A stretch of DNA of 63,632 nt, the filler included, from Reticulomyxa filosa (Eukaryota; Protista; Foraminifera), in assembly GCA_000512085.1 (NCBI GenBank). It is 26 parts of 26 records of this genome, joined end to end, with 100 filler letters (N's around TTAATTAATTAA, not from the genome) between each part and the next. Parts side by side here need not be neighbours in the genome. Positions count along the whole stretch, not along the records: positions 11,347 to 12,924 come from ASPP01021896.1; positions 13,025 to 15,312 come from ASPP01018926.1; positions 15,413 to 17,610 come from ASPP01016364.1; positions 17,711 to 21,482 come from ASPP01010673.1; positions 21,583 to 22,750 come from ASPP01027410.1; positions 22,851 to 24,511 come from ASPP01008925.1; 20 more parts are not named here. The stretch is one strand, 5' to 3'. The position numbers and the translations under genes are program-made. A model generated the notes under the pieces. That model was not told where the DNA came from, searched no databases, and saw nothing but the letters and a program-made list of their open reading frames with translations. The stretch's first letter is position 1. Every line of letters starts with the position of its first letter. This document shows positions 11,431 to 22,883 of this stretch, piece by piece.

Positions 11431-11862
11431 CAGATCGCAGTAATCAAAAATTGTGTCCAGCTCATAAACAATGGGGCGTCCAAATTTGTCACATCTCCAA
11501 CCATTACCACTTTGTTCAGGAATACCAGTGACAAAGAAGTTACCCTTTTTTTTTTGTTTTTTTTTGGCTCGAATTACTTAGCTGCACATGCAAATACAAT
11601 CAAAAAAAAAAAATAATGTCCTATCATTTTCTTTCTCTCTCTTACCAATAAAAAGCAACTGCAAATACTGCATTTCTTTGTTTGGTTACCGGGTCTGGTT
11701 CCGGAGCAAATTTTTTTTTTGTTGCGACACTAGCCCTAACTCCTCTTCCTCGTCAAATTCATCATGATCTTTGTCATTTTCTAAGCTTATAGTCACTTTT
11801 TCCAATGTAGTTTCCCCATCATGTGTAATACCATCTGCTCGTTTTGATTTCAAAGTTGACAT
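11431..11862 (-). CDS. GDP-fucose transporter-like (SLC35C1 family), first two exons
   Basis: ATG at 11862. Intron 11545-11645 (GTAAG...AG) joins AVAFYW to VTSLSLVFLNK...LDAPLFMSWTQF. A one-base shift in the T10 run at 11711-11720 is probably a homopolymer error. Confidence 0.8.
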
Positions 11863-12290
11863 AATGAATAATCAATTGTTTTTTTTCAAACTTTTTTTAC
11901 CACCTTGCTGGCACTGAGCTTAAAATAAAAGTGCATAGATTATTCTTCATTATTCTGCAAAAAACCTGGTTAACCTTTTATTTGTTGTCTTTCACACTCA
12001 GCGTTTGTTCTTTCCTTTGATTCCGCCAAACAATGAAAAATTGTTGATTTTTAGGCCTTTCTTATACCTGAGTTCTTGTACCACTTTCTTTATACTGCGT
12101 AAATAAAAAAGAGTTGTTCTTAGATCGTGCATCTTACTTAAGAGCATATCTTTATTTCTGTGCTTTTTAAAAAAGGATACAAGTTAGGTGGGGGCGATAA
12201 GCTGAACGTGTTGTAAACATTTAGGCATTTTGAATTTATTTTGTCATACGAATATCTCATTGCTATTTAGACAAAAATCCATCGGCGACA

Positions 12291-12841
12291 ATGGGAGGTG
12301 AGTGTGCCACATGCTCAGACACCAGTCAAGCCGAGGTTGCTCGCCAACAGAGACAAAGTTTAATTGCTCAAGTTAAAAAAGAGCTTGGATGACCCAATTG
12401 AAAATTTTTTTTTAAAAAAAGAACAACTAATCAAATAGCACGCATTAAAAAAAAAAATAGAAACAAAACAGCCTAGGAGAGGGCCAGGTATGAAGCACTA
12501 CACGTATACTCGACTGTATGTTATGGACCTAATCGATTGAAAAGAAAAAAGAGCTGAAACAAATGACTGTTGTTGTAACAAATGAAAAAAAAAAAAACAA
12601 GTCTGCACAAACAGGAGATGATACATTAGGACGAAGAAGTACAGATTTGAATAACTTTGAAAGGTTATTCGAAGACTTGTCTACATTTCTGCGGCATCTA
12701 CCGCCCAAAAGTAAGAAGCACATATGGGAACACGCGGTCACAGAAAAAGAGGAAGGAAACACAAGAAAAGTGTTTGATAAGGCCACAAAACAAGAACACA
12801 TCACAAGACTGTTGTGTGATTGTGTCATCGTATATGTCAAA
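12291..12841 (+). CDS. Hypothetical protein, 5' exons (MGGECATC start) with a 16-nt micro-exon
   Basis: Exons 12291-12371, 12472-12487 and about 12616-12841 splice in phase at GT/AG: MGGECATCSDTSQAEVARQQRQSLIAQ-PRRGP-GDDTLGRR... Confidence 0.6.
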
Positions 12842-13944
12842 GTTTAAATGTCTTTCTACTTATCCCCCTTTTTTTTTTTTTGAACTATGCAATTGATACA
12901 AAAAAAAAAAAAACAAAAACATATNNNNNNNNNNNNNNNNNNNNNNNNNNNNNNNNNNNNNNNNNNNNTTAATTAATTAANNNNNNNNNNNNNNNNNNNN
13001 NNNNNNNNNNNNNNNNNNNNNNNNACAAAAAAGAAATGTCTATTATGAAATGATATATTGAGAGATAAAGATATTTAGATTGTATATTTATTTATGAAAG
13101 TTGAAAAAAAAAATCATTTGAATAATAAACAAATGTATTCGGTGGTTGGATTGAAAAGTATTCCCTTCTGAATATGCGTACATCAAAACCTGCATGTTGA
13201 ACAGTTATAAGACCTGCATTGGCAAAACCTCACAAACAGCACATTTGTGCGCATACAATATTGATTCTCTGGTAGTACTAACTTTGTAGCACAAAGTGTA
13301 ACGTACTACATTGTCTACCATATTAGTCATACCGTTTACAGGTGCTCCTTATTTTAAGATTTACGGGCTGGTTCTCTCAATAACAACATATGGTCAAACA
13401 AATTTCGGTTGTTATCCAACTTTAAAATTATCTATTTTTTATTATTTTCGAATTTTGTGCGTTTCATGTTAAAGATATTTTGTGCTTCTATTGAACAATA
13501 TCGAACTATCTGCAACTGCTTTTGCAAAGTGTTATTGTGTTCATGACCAATGTCAACTTCTTTTCTAAATACGTCCAATTTGATATCAGTTAATAAGTGA
13601 AATTTTTGCCCATGTACAGTAGAACGCAAAGTAAAGTTGATACCTATAGATGATTTTCTTCATGAAAAAACAACATTCAGACCTAATTTTTTTTTAAAAA
13701 ATATAGTTTTTAAATATCATTTTGGTTTTTTATTACAATATTTTATTAATTTTTGACAATCGTGATTGTGTCGTAACTATGAAATTTGCCAACTTTTTGG
13801 TAAGCATTTTCAGAAAGTGCTCAATTTAAAAAAAAATAAGCATACTTTTTGCTTTGTCTAAACTTTTTTTGTCCAATAACAAACAAATCAAGTTAATTCA
13901 AAAGCATCAGAACTGAAAATTTTTTTTGTAAAAATTACCATTGA

Positions 13945-14270
13945 TTAATTGCTTTTTGCATTGTATACTGCTTGTGTTCGGTCAGACATTGATTTTATTA
14001 AGTTTGTGCATGTTCCTTTGTCAATTCTAATTCAAATTGTTTCTAAGGTTCTTATTTTGATCTGAATGGTTTATTTTTGTATATTTTTGTTTCCACAGAT
14101 TTTCGATTGGGTTCAGGGAAATTAAGTACTTTGATTATATTTTGTTTAAACTATTCTTTTACTGTAATTGCTATGTGGATGATGGTGGAATATTCAATCT
14201 TCATTATATTCTAAACAACAATTAAGTTTTTGAGCATTTCATCACATAGAATTTCTTTAAAAATATCTGT
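13945..14270 (-). mobile_element. Tc1/mariner-type DDE transposase remnant (C-terminus)
   Basis: The minus strand encodes LNPIENLW (14116-14093) and CTNLIKSMSDRTQAVYNAK (about 14010-13950), both typical Tc1 transposase C-terminal motifs. The frame is broken. Confidence 0.75.
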
Positions 14271-14399
14271 ATTTATACACATTCATGACTTACACGAAAT
14301 TTTTTGCAACTTTGTGCAAGCTTCAAGAAAGAAACAAAGAAAATTCTAAATAGAAAATTTTTGTGCAAGCAACCAATTAACCAATGTTGATTCAGATGG

Positions 14400-14556
14400 G
14401 GATTGGAACTGAAGCGAAATAGGTAGAGCTGGAGTATTATGTCGAAGAGATTTACATTCCATTTCACGATCATTCAATGTCATATTGTATTGGATAACAG
14501 AGACATTAGACAAAACAGTTGAATCTTGGACCAAATGTGTTGTTGATGCTGGAGAG
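14400..14556 (+). mobile_element. Heavily deleted LINE ORF2 remnant
   Basis: SEIGRAGVLCRRDL matches SESGRTGILC in the LINE endonuclease near 61010. LDKTVESWTKCVVDA matches LDCAVDSWTNCVIES at 9989. Confidence 0.6.
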
Positions 14557-14759
14557 GCATAATTTTTTTTTTTTAGCGTGAGAGAACGTAATTTGTTGAA
14601 TTGATAAAAGGAAAATATTGTAAAACAAGCACCTCACTCAAACATTAATATTCAAGCTTCAATATTTAAGCAATAACTTTAATTTACATTTGTTTAAAAG
14701 TGCATCATTTTATATTATTTCAAAAAGATTTCAATTTAAACCCCAAAATTTTTGTGATC

Positions 14760-15125
14760 ATCACACAGCTTATTGCCTTGCCTCACTCTGTGCAGCTCAG
14801 AGGACCACGCTCAGACTCTACGAGACTTCAGCAAGTGGTGACGTCGTATGCTTCGAAGGTAAATTTCAATAAAATTAAAATAGATAAAATTCAACAGGGT
14901 CTTGCCTTCGGTTTCCGGCCTTTTGTGGCCTTTTCTTTGGTTTTAGTGACTGCAGCTCCTCGCACGTTGCTGGTGCTTTCCTCACATCTGAATGAGATGC
15001 CGAATCGCGATAAGTAGATGTATTTTGGCATTCTTGCCACTACCTTTCGCTAGGCTGTTACCCCTGGGATTCATCAAACACGTCATACAGTCGTACAGAG
15101 CTTTCATGCTCTAGTGAATTAATTA
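14760..15125 (-). rRNA. Candidate highly diverged LSU rRNA fragment (domains IV-V), possibly organelle-derived
   Basis: Minus strand, in LSU order: hairpin AGAGC-ATGAAA-GCTCT followed by TGTATGACG, then GGGGTAAC, AAGGTAG, AATGCC, CATCTACTTA, AAGACCCTGTTGAA (14903-14890) and TTGAAAT. It is a GC-richer island with no convincing ORF. Confidence 0.45.
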
Positions 15126-15412
15126 TTGTCCTTTATTTCTTTTAACCGAAGTAAATTTGATATTTGTTTCATTGTTTGTTTGAATTATATTTCATTTGCT
15201 ACAATCTTCATTACTAAATAATTTTTTTTACTTTTGGTTTTGTTTTCCTTGGTTTTAATGAATGCATGAAATGTTGTTTTATTGATTACTTTGTAAGGCA
15301 TTGTAATTTTAGNNNNNNNNNNNNNNNNNNNNNNNNNNNNNNNNNNNNNNNNNNNNTTAATTAATTAANNNNNNNNNNNNNNNNNNNNNNNNNNNNNNNN
15401 NNNNNNNNNNNN

Positions 15413-15691
15413 CATTGCTGACGCTATCGTCACCAGAACATCCGAAAACAATAAGCTTTCCCTCAATTCTTTATGCAGAGAAATTGCTTCTCCCTTCAAG
15501 CGAAACGGCCACAACTGTCGCCAATGAAAACGTTGTCGTAAACACTCCTTTGTTTGACAAGTTATATGCGGGACATCAAAACGCTTTGAAATATGCTCTT
15601 ACTCAGTTGAGTCTCAAACAAGGGAAGGTGCTTTGAGTTTAATACTCGCCTTTTTTTTTTTTTTTTTTTTACATTTGCTTATTCTTTCACA

Positions 15692-15723
<32 letters not shown>

Positions 15724-16228
15724 TAAAAATAAAAAAAGTAAATTGACACTCATTCAAACGCCTCCTGGAACCTGTGAAAAGGAAATAGTCGAAGCACTGG
15801 CGGAACAAGCATTCGCGAAAAATCCAAAGGCAAATATTCTCATTTGTGGATACTTCCCCACGCCTGCTTTTAAGAAGCTATTCGATTGGGCCGAAGACGT
15901 AAACAGTCGCTCGCCTTCTCATCCCCCAATCACCGTTTCCATTTGTAGTGAGTTGAAAGAGCTGAACCGAGCCTTTGATTGGATTATTGTCGCAGACAGC
16001 ACTCAATGTACCGAAATAAGGCTGTTGTGTGCCTTGTCCACGTTGGCGAATGACGGCTCGCTCGTGCTTCTTGGAGACACAAAGCGAATCAGACCTACTG
16101 TCAACGCTTTGACTGTCATTCAGGTCAGCTTTTACAAATGTGATTCCCTCTCATATACACACATACATATATGTACATATATATGTGCACATAATATTTA
16201 AATTGCAAGGTCATTCAAAAAAATTGGG

Positions 16229-16267
<39 letters not shown>

Positions 16268-16969
16268 GGAAAAATTTAACACTTGTCATTGTTCGAACGC
16301 TTGGAACAACTTGGCCATCCAGTTCAATTTTTGGAGACACAATCCCACATTCACCCTCGATTAGTCGAGTTTGTGTCATTGGAGTTTTATGGGGGAAAAT
16401 TGAAAAGTGCTCCGAATGTGGCTTTTAACATCCCCCAAGGATTTCCTTGGCCAACAGAAAACTATCCTGTGTGCTTTGTCGCAGTGGAAGAACCGGAGGA
16501 ACCCAAAAATGTATGGGCAAGTGATAATGACGATTTTGAAAGAGCCATCATCGTCAAAATTATTCACAAGCTTTTGCGAGACAATCTACATCTTTGGAAA
16601 ACTCAATCCATCAAACATCCTCACATCACTGTTGTCATACCTGATCTCATTCAAAAGCTACTACTCGAAGAAGAGTTGGAAAGCTCTTCTGCCTCACTTT
16701 CGGCAAATATCACTGTGGATACTATTGTCCGATTTCAAGGCGGAAATGAAAGTGAAATTCTTGTTCTGAGTACTCTGCGATCTGACTATTTTAATGTCAA
16801 TGATTTGTTGAATGATCCGGGTAGATTTAATGCTCTCATGACCACTGCTAAGTCGGGATTAATTGTTATTGGCTCTGCTGACCAATTGATCAAATTTGAT
16901 TTATGGAGAAAATGGATCCAACATGTCGTTATTGATCAAAAATCTGTTGTTGGCGCCTTGTCTGTCTAG
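15413..16969 (+). CDS. UPF1/DNA2/NAM7-like SF1 helicase-fold protein with degenerate motifs (3' part, intron-containing)
   Basis: Intron 15606-15738 joins KYALTH to KLTLIQTPPGT. Further motifs: LVLLGD, SLFERL, IHPRLVEFVSLEFYGGKL, FQG, RFNALMTTAKSGLIVIG. The second intron starts near 16124 and its acceptor is unclear. Confidence 0.85.
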
Positions 16970-17710
16970 TTTTCGTGTTTATTTCTTCATTTTGAATTTT
17001 TAAATCCTTTTTTATTATAATGTTGTTTTTATTAATTGAATATTTTTTCAAAAGAAATTTGATTTATGAACCACAAGCACTCAATTAAAGAATTCGCTGC
17101 CATAACTTTTTTAATTTGTTGTAGTAAATCATGTCTCTTTTTATTGTAGAAGTATCCAAATTAGTTTTTTAATCAAAGATATTTTTGCATCTAGCTTCTT
17201 TATCTGATAAATTTCCAGAGATAAATAAATAATTATAATGTTGTATTTTTTGAAGTAATCAATATCATTTGTATAATATTTATACTTTTGTATTCTTCTT
17301 TTTTTGTAAACTTGCAAATAAAATTAATAAAATGCTATCTATCACGTACAAATAAAACATTTTGTTGATGCAGTTAAATGGATATGGAACAAATGCAGTC
17401 ATGTTTTTAATGAAAAATATTTTAAAAAATAAGAAGTGTGATTCATGAAAAGTTAATAAGCGTATTACAAGTTAAATAGTCATATTGTATATTCAATCGG
17501 GATATGCATTGTGGTAAGTATGCAACACTATGCATGTCAGTTTTACTGCTTCTGTTGATAATACAATATGTTGCAAAGAAAACTGAACGCATAAAACATA
17601 TCATATGATGNNNNNNNNNNNNNNNNNNNNNNNNNNNNNNNNNNNNNNNNNNNNTTAATTAATTAANNNNNNNNNNNNNNNNNNNNNNNNNNNNNNNNNN
17701 NNNNNNNNNN

Positions 17711-18915
17711 AAAAGTTGAATTGTTTGTATGTGAACCAAAGAAAATCAAAGTAAAGAAATCAAAGAAAGCTGACCACGCACATAGCGAAAACGTCACGTC
17801 TCCAAATGAAAGCATCACAACTGGGAAGAGTGAGCAAATACCGTCCGAGAGAGAGACACAACCAATCGATCAGACGGGACACAGTGCAGAGACTCATCAA
17901 ACCTTAGAATCACAGAATGAAGAGAAAAAAACAGAACCAAGTGTGGTGTCGCCACCATCGCTGGTACAAGCAGAGCCAAAACAAGAGACAACAACACCGC
18001 CCATCAGAACACCGGATATCAAAGTTGCGGAACGTTCCGAGAACAAGACGGAACAACTATCACAGCGTAACCGCAAAAACGAGGAAAGCCAACAAGCACA
18101 AGCACAAGGACAAGAAGGAGTGCCACGGACAGCAAGTGACAATGGCGACCAAATACCTGAAACAAAGAAAACGAAACATGAGCAAGAAGCAATAGAAAGC
18201 GAGTTGATAAGTGAGCCCGTGGAGGTACCAAGAACGAATGAATTATTTGCAATGGAAGAGCAAAAAAAAAGAACAAGCGAAGAAAAAGGGAAGTTGGTGC
18301 GAGTGAACCGAAAGAAAGAGAGCCGCGCCTCTCGTGGCAACAATGTGAAAGAGAAGCCCACAACATCGTTTCAATTGCCTCCGATCAATACGAAAGCGGA
18401 CAACAAAGATAAGCCCAGTTTGTGGCGTGTGAACTCGCCTACCGACTTTTGGCGAAACGATAAGCATTCCAAGGACACGGGAGAAAGCGAGCTGATCCAT
18501 AACTTTGTGGAAGAGATGTATCACAATGAGCACGACGAACAAAAGAAAACGTTATTTGAGAACCCGGAAGACATCAAAGCAGATGCGGAAAAATTTTTGC
18601 AGGAATTGGATCAAAGTGATAATGAGTCGATTAATGACGAAGAGGAAATTTTGAAGCAAATGGGCGCAGAAGGAGGAGGAGGAGGAGGAGAAGATATGAA
18701 TGAAAGCGAAGAGGAAGAGCCAGAAGAAGCACCATTATTGGAAGAGGACGAGCCAAACGATCTTCCAACTGAAGACGCAGAGTTGATAGCTGAACTCCCG
18801 AGCGACGACCATGACACTAAAGTCGGTCATGACCGCAAGGACAACGACATCCAAAAGACTGTGGGAAGTGATCGTCACCAATCTCGTTCTCGGCAAGAGG
18901 AGAAGAGCAAAGTAA

Positions 18916-18946
<31 letters not shown>

Positions 18947-20060
18947 AGAAGAAGAAGAAGGCAAACGTAGAGAGCCCATTCAATCACCAAGTAATAATAC
19001 AAAGACACTTTCCAATCCTACTACAACGACAGCAAAGCCACAACCACAAGTAGTACAACCACTACAATCTCAACCATCTTCTTCGAAAATATCAAGTCCA
19101 TCCGCTTCCGAAACACGTCCAAGTGACGACGTGCGGTCTCCTCAAGGCGCCGACAAACCATCGAAGAAAGAGCAGGAAATAAACGACAAGCAGCGAATGC
19201 AGGAGGAACAGCAGGTGATGCGCGGGGCGGTTCCGATTGCAAGCAGCACGGACATTGTACCCGGCACAGGGGTGATCTTGAGATCGTCGCTGAGTCAAAG
19301 GACGTCGTCTCAGGAGAAGCTGGTGATGGAGGTATGGAAGGAACAACACGGCCGATGCTTCAGCTGCGGTCAGCCTATCTTGAAGGCCGATTTGTGTCGC
19401 ATTTGCAATTACACGGGTTGCATGTATTGCGAAAAGTGTTTGGACGGATCCAAGCAAGCTCCTATTCCGCACCGCGTCATTGAAGCTTTGGATATTTCTC
19501 CTCATGTTGTCTCGTCCAACTCTTTCAACTATCTGCTTCAAATGCGCACCACGCCCAGCATTCCATTGTCCCATATCGACTTGAAAAAGTTTGAAACCAA
19601 GTATCTTCAAAACAATGCTCCCAATAAACAGTATCATGCCGAATGCTATCGTCGTGTTTTAGTACTGGCCGAGTTCTTGCGAGTCTTTGGCGATATCAAT
19701 ACGTTGGGGAAACAGTGTCCTAACAAGCCCGGCTTGTTTGCTCCTTTTGCTGATAAAGCGTACTTGCTCGAGGCCTACAATACCGATAAAGGTGTTTTCG
19801 GGGCCGTCTTTGAGGCAAAAGATAAATCCCTTGCTCAAAACACCAAAAGGGTGTTTGGCTTAATTTCCATGCAAGACTTTGAAGATCTCTTGCCACCCAC
19901 ACACGGTCTGAAAGATAAGTCGACCAAAGAAAAAAATAATCTGCTTGGTCAATTAGACAAAATCAAAGCTTTGCTGGCTAAACATATCAAACATTGCCAA
20001 GTCTGCAAAAAGCTCACACGTTCCAACACTCTCTTATTACGGGCTTTGGGGCTGTCGTAG
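17711..20060 (+). CDS. Rubicon-homology (RH; Rubicon/PLEKHM1/DEF8-type) domain protein with a long acidic disordered region, 5' partial
   Basis: EQHGRCFSCG...RICNYTGCMYCEKC...IPHRVI...D...VS and the terminal HIKHCQVC match the RH zinc-binding pattern. Confidence 0.8.
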
Positions 20061-21124
20061 TCAACATTTTGGATATACACATAATTATGACAACATTTGG
20101 AGGATATTTATCTTCTCATTTGTTTTTTTTTGTTTGTTTGTTTGTTTTTTTTTAGTGTTTTCTATTTCTTGCTTTCAAAGTGCAACGTTACAAGTGTCAC
20201 AAAAAAAGTAAAAGATCAATCGACGTGTTTTTTTCTTCTTTTTGTTCATTTTCTGCAAAGAAAATTTTTGCCAGGGCCGACCATGATTTATTCTTGGTTT
20301 TTGTCGTGAGTTTTTAGTGTTTTGTTCACACTCATTTTTTTTTTTTTTATTCTGTTTTGCTTTTTTGCTGCGTGCATGCAATCGTTTTTCCATTCACAAT
20401 ATTTTTTGCTCGTTGGAAAGCAATCTTGATTGACGAGTTTGGTTGGAAAACTTAAATAAAAAATATTAAAAACATTACATCAACTGGAATAAAAAATCCA
20501 TTATTGCTTTTGCTACAATAATCCATCAATAGTAATAATACTCATACGGCAAATAACTTAATAAAAACACTCCGCTTTTTTTTTGGTTGGTTATTGTACT
20601 TCCCCCCTTTTATTTGTTGGTTGTACAAATTTGTGGTATCGAGAGGATTATTGCTGAGATCGGTGGATCATCACCTCAGCTCAAAATGAATTCCAGCATA
20701 ATCAATATCAAAAGTGTTTCACTGGTGACAATGTTGGCCGCAGCAAGTGCGGCAGCAATCTTTCTATTGAACCCAGCCCAAAAAACCGGCAAAGAAAAGG
20801 AAAAGATTGGAATGGTTTGAAAAACACAAATAAACAAAAGGAAAAAAAAAAGGAGAGAAAAAGGGTGATAGAAGGGGACAGAAAGGAGAAAGAATGAGGA
20901 TTGATGTATTTTTGGTAACCTTCCCTCCCTCTACTCCGTGTTGTACATTTTTGGCACTTAATTTCGGGAAATTTTTTATTTTTTATTTTTTTTTGGAATG
21001 AAAAACGGAAAATAATGAACACAAAAATTGGAAGAGGAAAAAGGCAGCAATGAAATCTTAAAAATGCAATTGCAAACAAAACAACAAAATGTAGCGCGTA
21101 ACAGACACGACAGCGATTGAAAGA

Positions 21125-21442
21125 ATGATGAAAGAGTTGGAAAATAAACACAAAGAAATATTGTCAAAGTTTGACAAATCAAATCCGAAATTAATCCCAA
21201 AGGAAATGATTGAAACAATGGAATACATTAACAGCAGAGACCCAAGTAAGCATCCCCCACAAATTCGACTGCTATGTTCCCAATTGATCCAAGACTATGC
21301 TGTAATGTACAAAAGCGTGGAAGAAAAGGAGCCCGATCATCGTGTCTTTGAACTGTGTAAAGCGTGGCTCGATTTCCAACCCTCGAATGATCAAATGCAA
21401 ATTGATCAAATCAATCACAGATACGCCTTGACATTGCGAAGG
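21125..21442 (+). CDS. Hypothetical protein, first coding exon
   Basis: ATG-initiated helical ORF ending at the donor AAG|GTAAAA, followed by a T tract. Confidence 0.5.
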
Positions 21443-22074
21443 TAAAAACATTTTTTTTTTTTTAAATTAAAATTATTATTCANNNNNNNNNNNNNNNNNN
21501 NNNNNNNNNNNNNNNNNNNNNNNNNNTTAATTAATTAANNNNNNNNNNNNNNNNNNNNNNNNNNNNNNNNNNNNNNNNNNNNCGGTAAAGCGTTCTTAAT
21601 TTTATTTGAGAATATTTCTGCTACGAAAATCTTTTTTATATAATAACAAGATGCAATAAGACAGACCAGTACGTCACAAAAAGTTTGATATTCGACAAAA
21701 TTTCAAATTTACTACTAAGTAATAGAATTACTCCTAACATTTACTTAACTATGTTCACAACTATTTTTTTGTTTACTGTCACCAAATCTCAAGCCATTGG
21801 AGAAACAACAAAGTCAATTCAAAGATTCTTAAAACAAAAGTAAAATTTAAAAATCCCCAAATTTAAACTGTGGATGAAAGGATAAACTCGCACATGTTCA
21901 GCTTTTTATGATGTCAAGATTTATCAAGGCTTGTAGGTGCATAGAATGCGAATAGAAAAAAGGACAAAAAAAAACAACACGTCTGTGTTTACTAGCTTTA
22001 AAAAAAAGCATCCGGATAAACAAAGAGGAATAGTACTTAACAAAAAAAAATAAACAGCAGCACAACAAAGTGCA

Positions 22075-22750
22075 TCAGCATAGAAGAATTTATTTTGAAA
22101 CTCAACCCAATGTAAGCGCAATGCATGTAAAAAGCACTCCAAGACATCCATAATCAGTAATACTGTACAAGTGAAGGACAGAAAAGCGATTCATGATGAT
22201 GGTGCCAAGTCATCCTAAGGTTTTGTCAAAAAACACTTTGGACAATTTGGCACGGGCCAAGCTTAAAGCCCACAAGCGTAAATAAGAGGCAATATTGGAG
22301 ATAGTTCCCAGTACAACAGGCAACTGCACTTCAATTTCTTCTTTTTCGTCATCGGGGACATGTTGATAGTTGTGATTGATCATTCGACTCCTCAAAATGC
22401 AAGGCTTGACACACAGCATGACAGGTATGGAGAGGACCAAAGTCAATAAGAAAACGACTTGAATGGTGGCTTGGAGATTCTTATCGCCAAAAATTTGGAC
22501 TTTGCTGTCGACGGAGTCAGGACTTAGGAACATTTTGACGAGAACGTGGTCCAATTGATACATCATTTGTAAAAGATCAAAAAGACCATGTATCCGAAAA
22601 AGCCATTATTTTCCTGAAGATGAGACTAAAGGTCATTTGTAAGACAATTGGTTGTCGACGCCACTCCACGCGGGGTCAATTCCAACAACATAAACATTGC
22701 GTTAAACCATGACAACTTGGTCGTCCGTGGTATATCCATGTTGCCATTGC
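22075..22750 (-). pseudogene. V-type ATPase V0 subunit a pseudogene fragment
   Basis: GIDPAW, IPVMLCVKP, VLGTISNIASYLRLWALSLA and [22 protein letters not shown]. It has stops, frameshifts and internal deletions. Confidence 0.92.
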
Positions 22751-22883
22751 NNNNNNNNNNNNNNNNNNNNNNNNNNNNNNNNNNNNNNNNNNNNTTAATT
22801 AATTAANNNNNNNNNNNNNNNNNNNNNNNNNNNNNNNNNNNNNNNNNNNNCAAACAAACAAACAAACAAACAAACAGAGACAT

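Noticed and set aside
11711-11720. Single frameshifts in homopolymer runs (also near 7330 and 62286) as programmed frameshifting or pseudogenisation
   Set aside because: They sit in or next to A/T runs in otherwise intact genes, consistent with homopolymer sequencing error.
14905-14990. U2 snRNA (CGGCCTTTTG match)
   Set aside because: The branch-point recognition sequence GTGTAGTA and the flanking GCTAAGATCA are absent.
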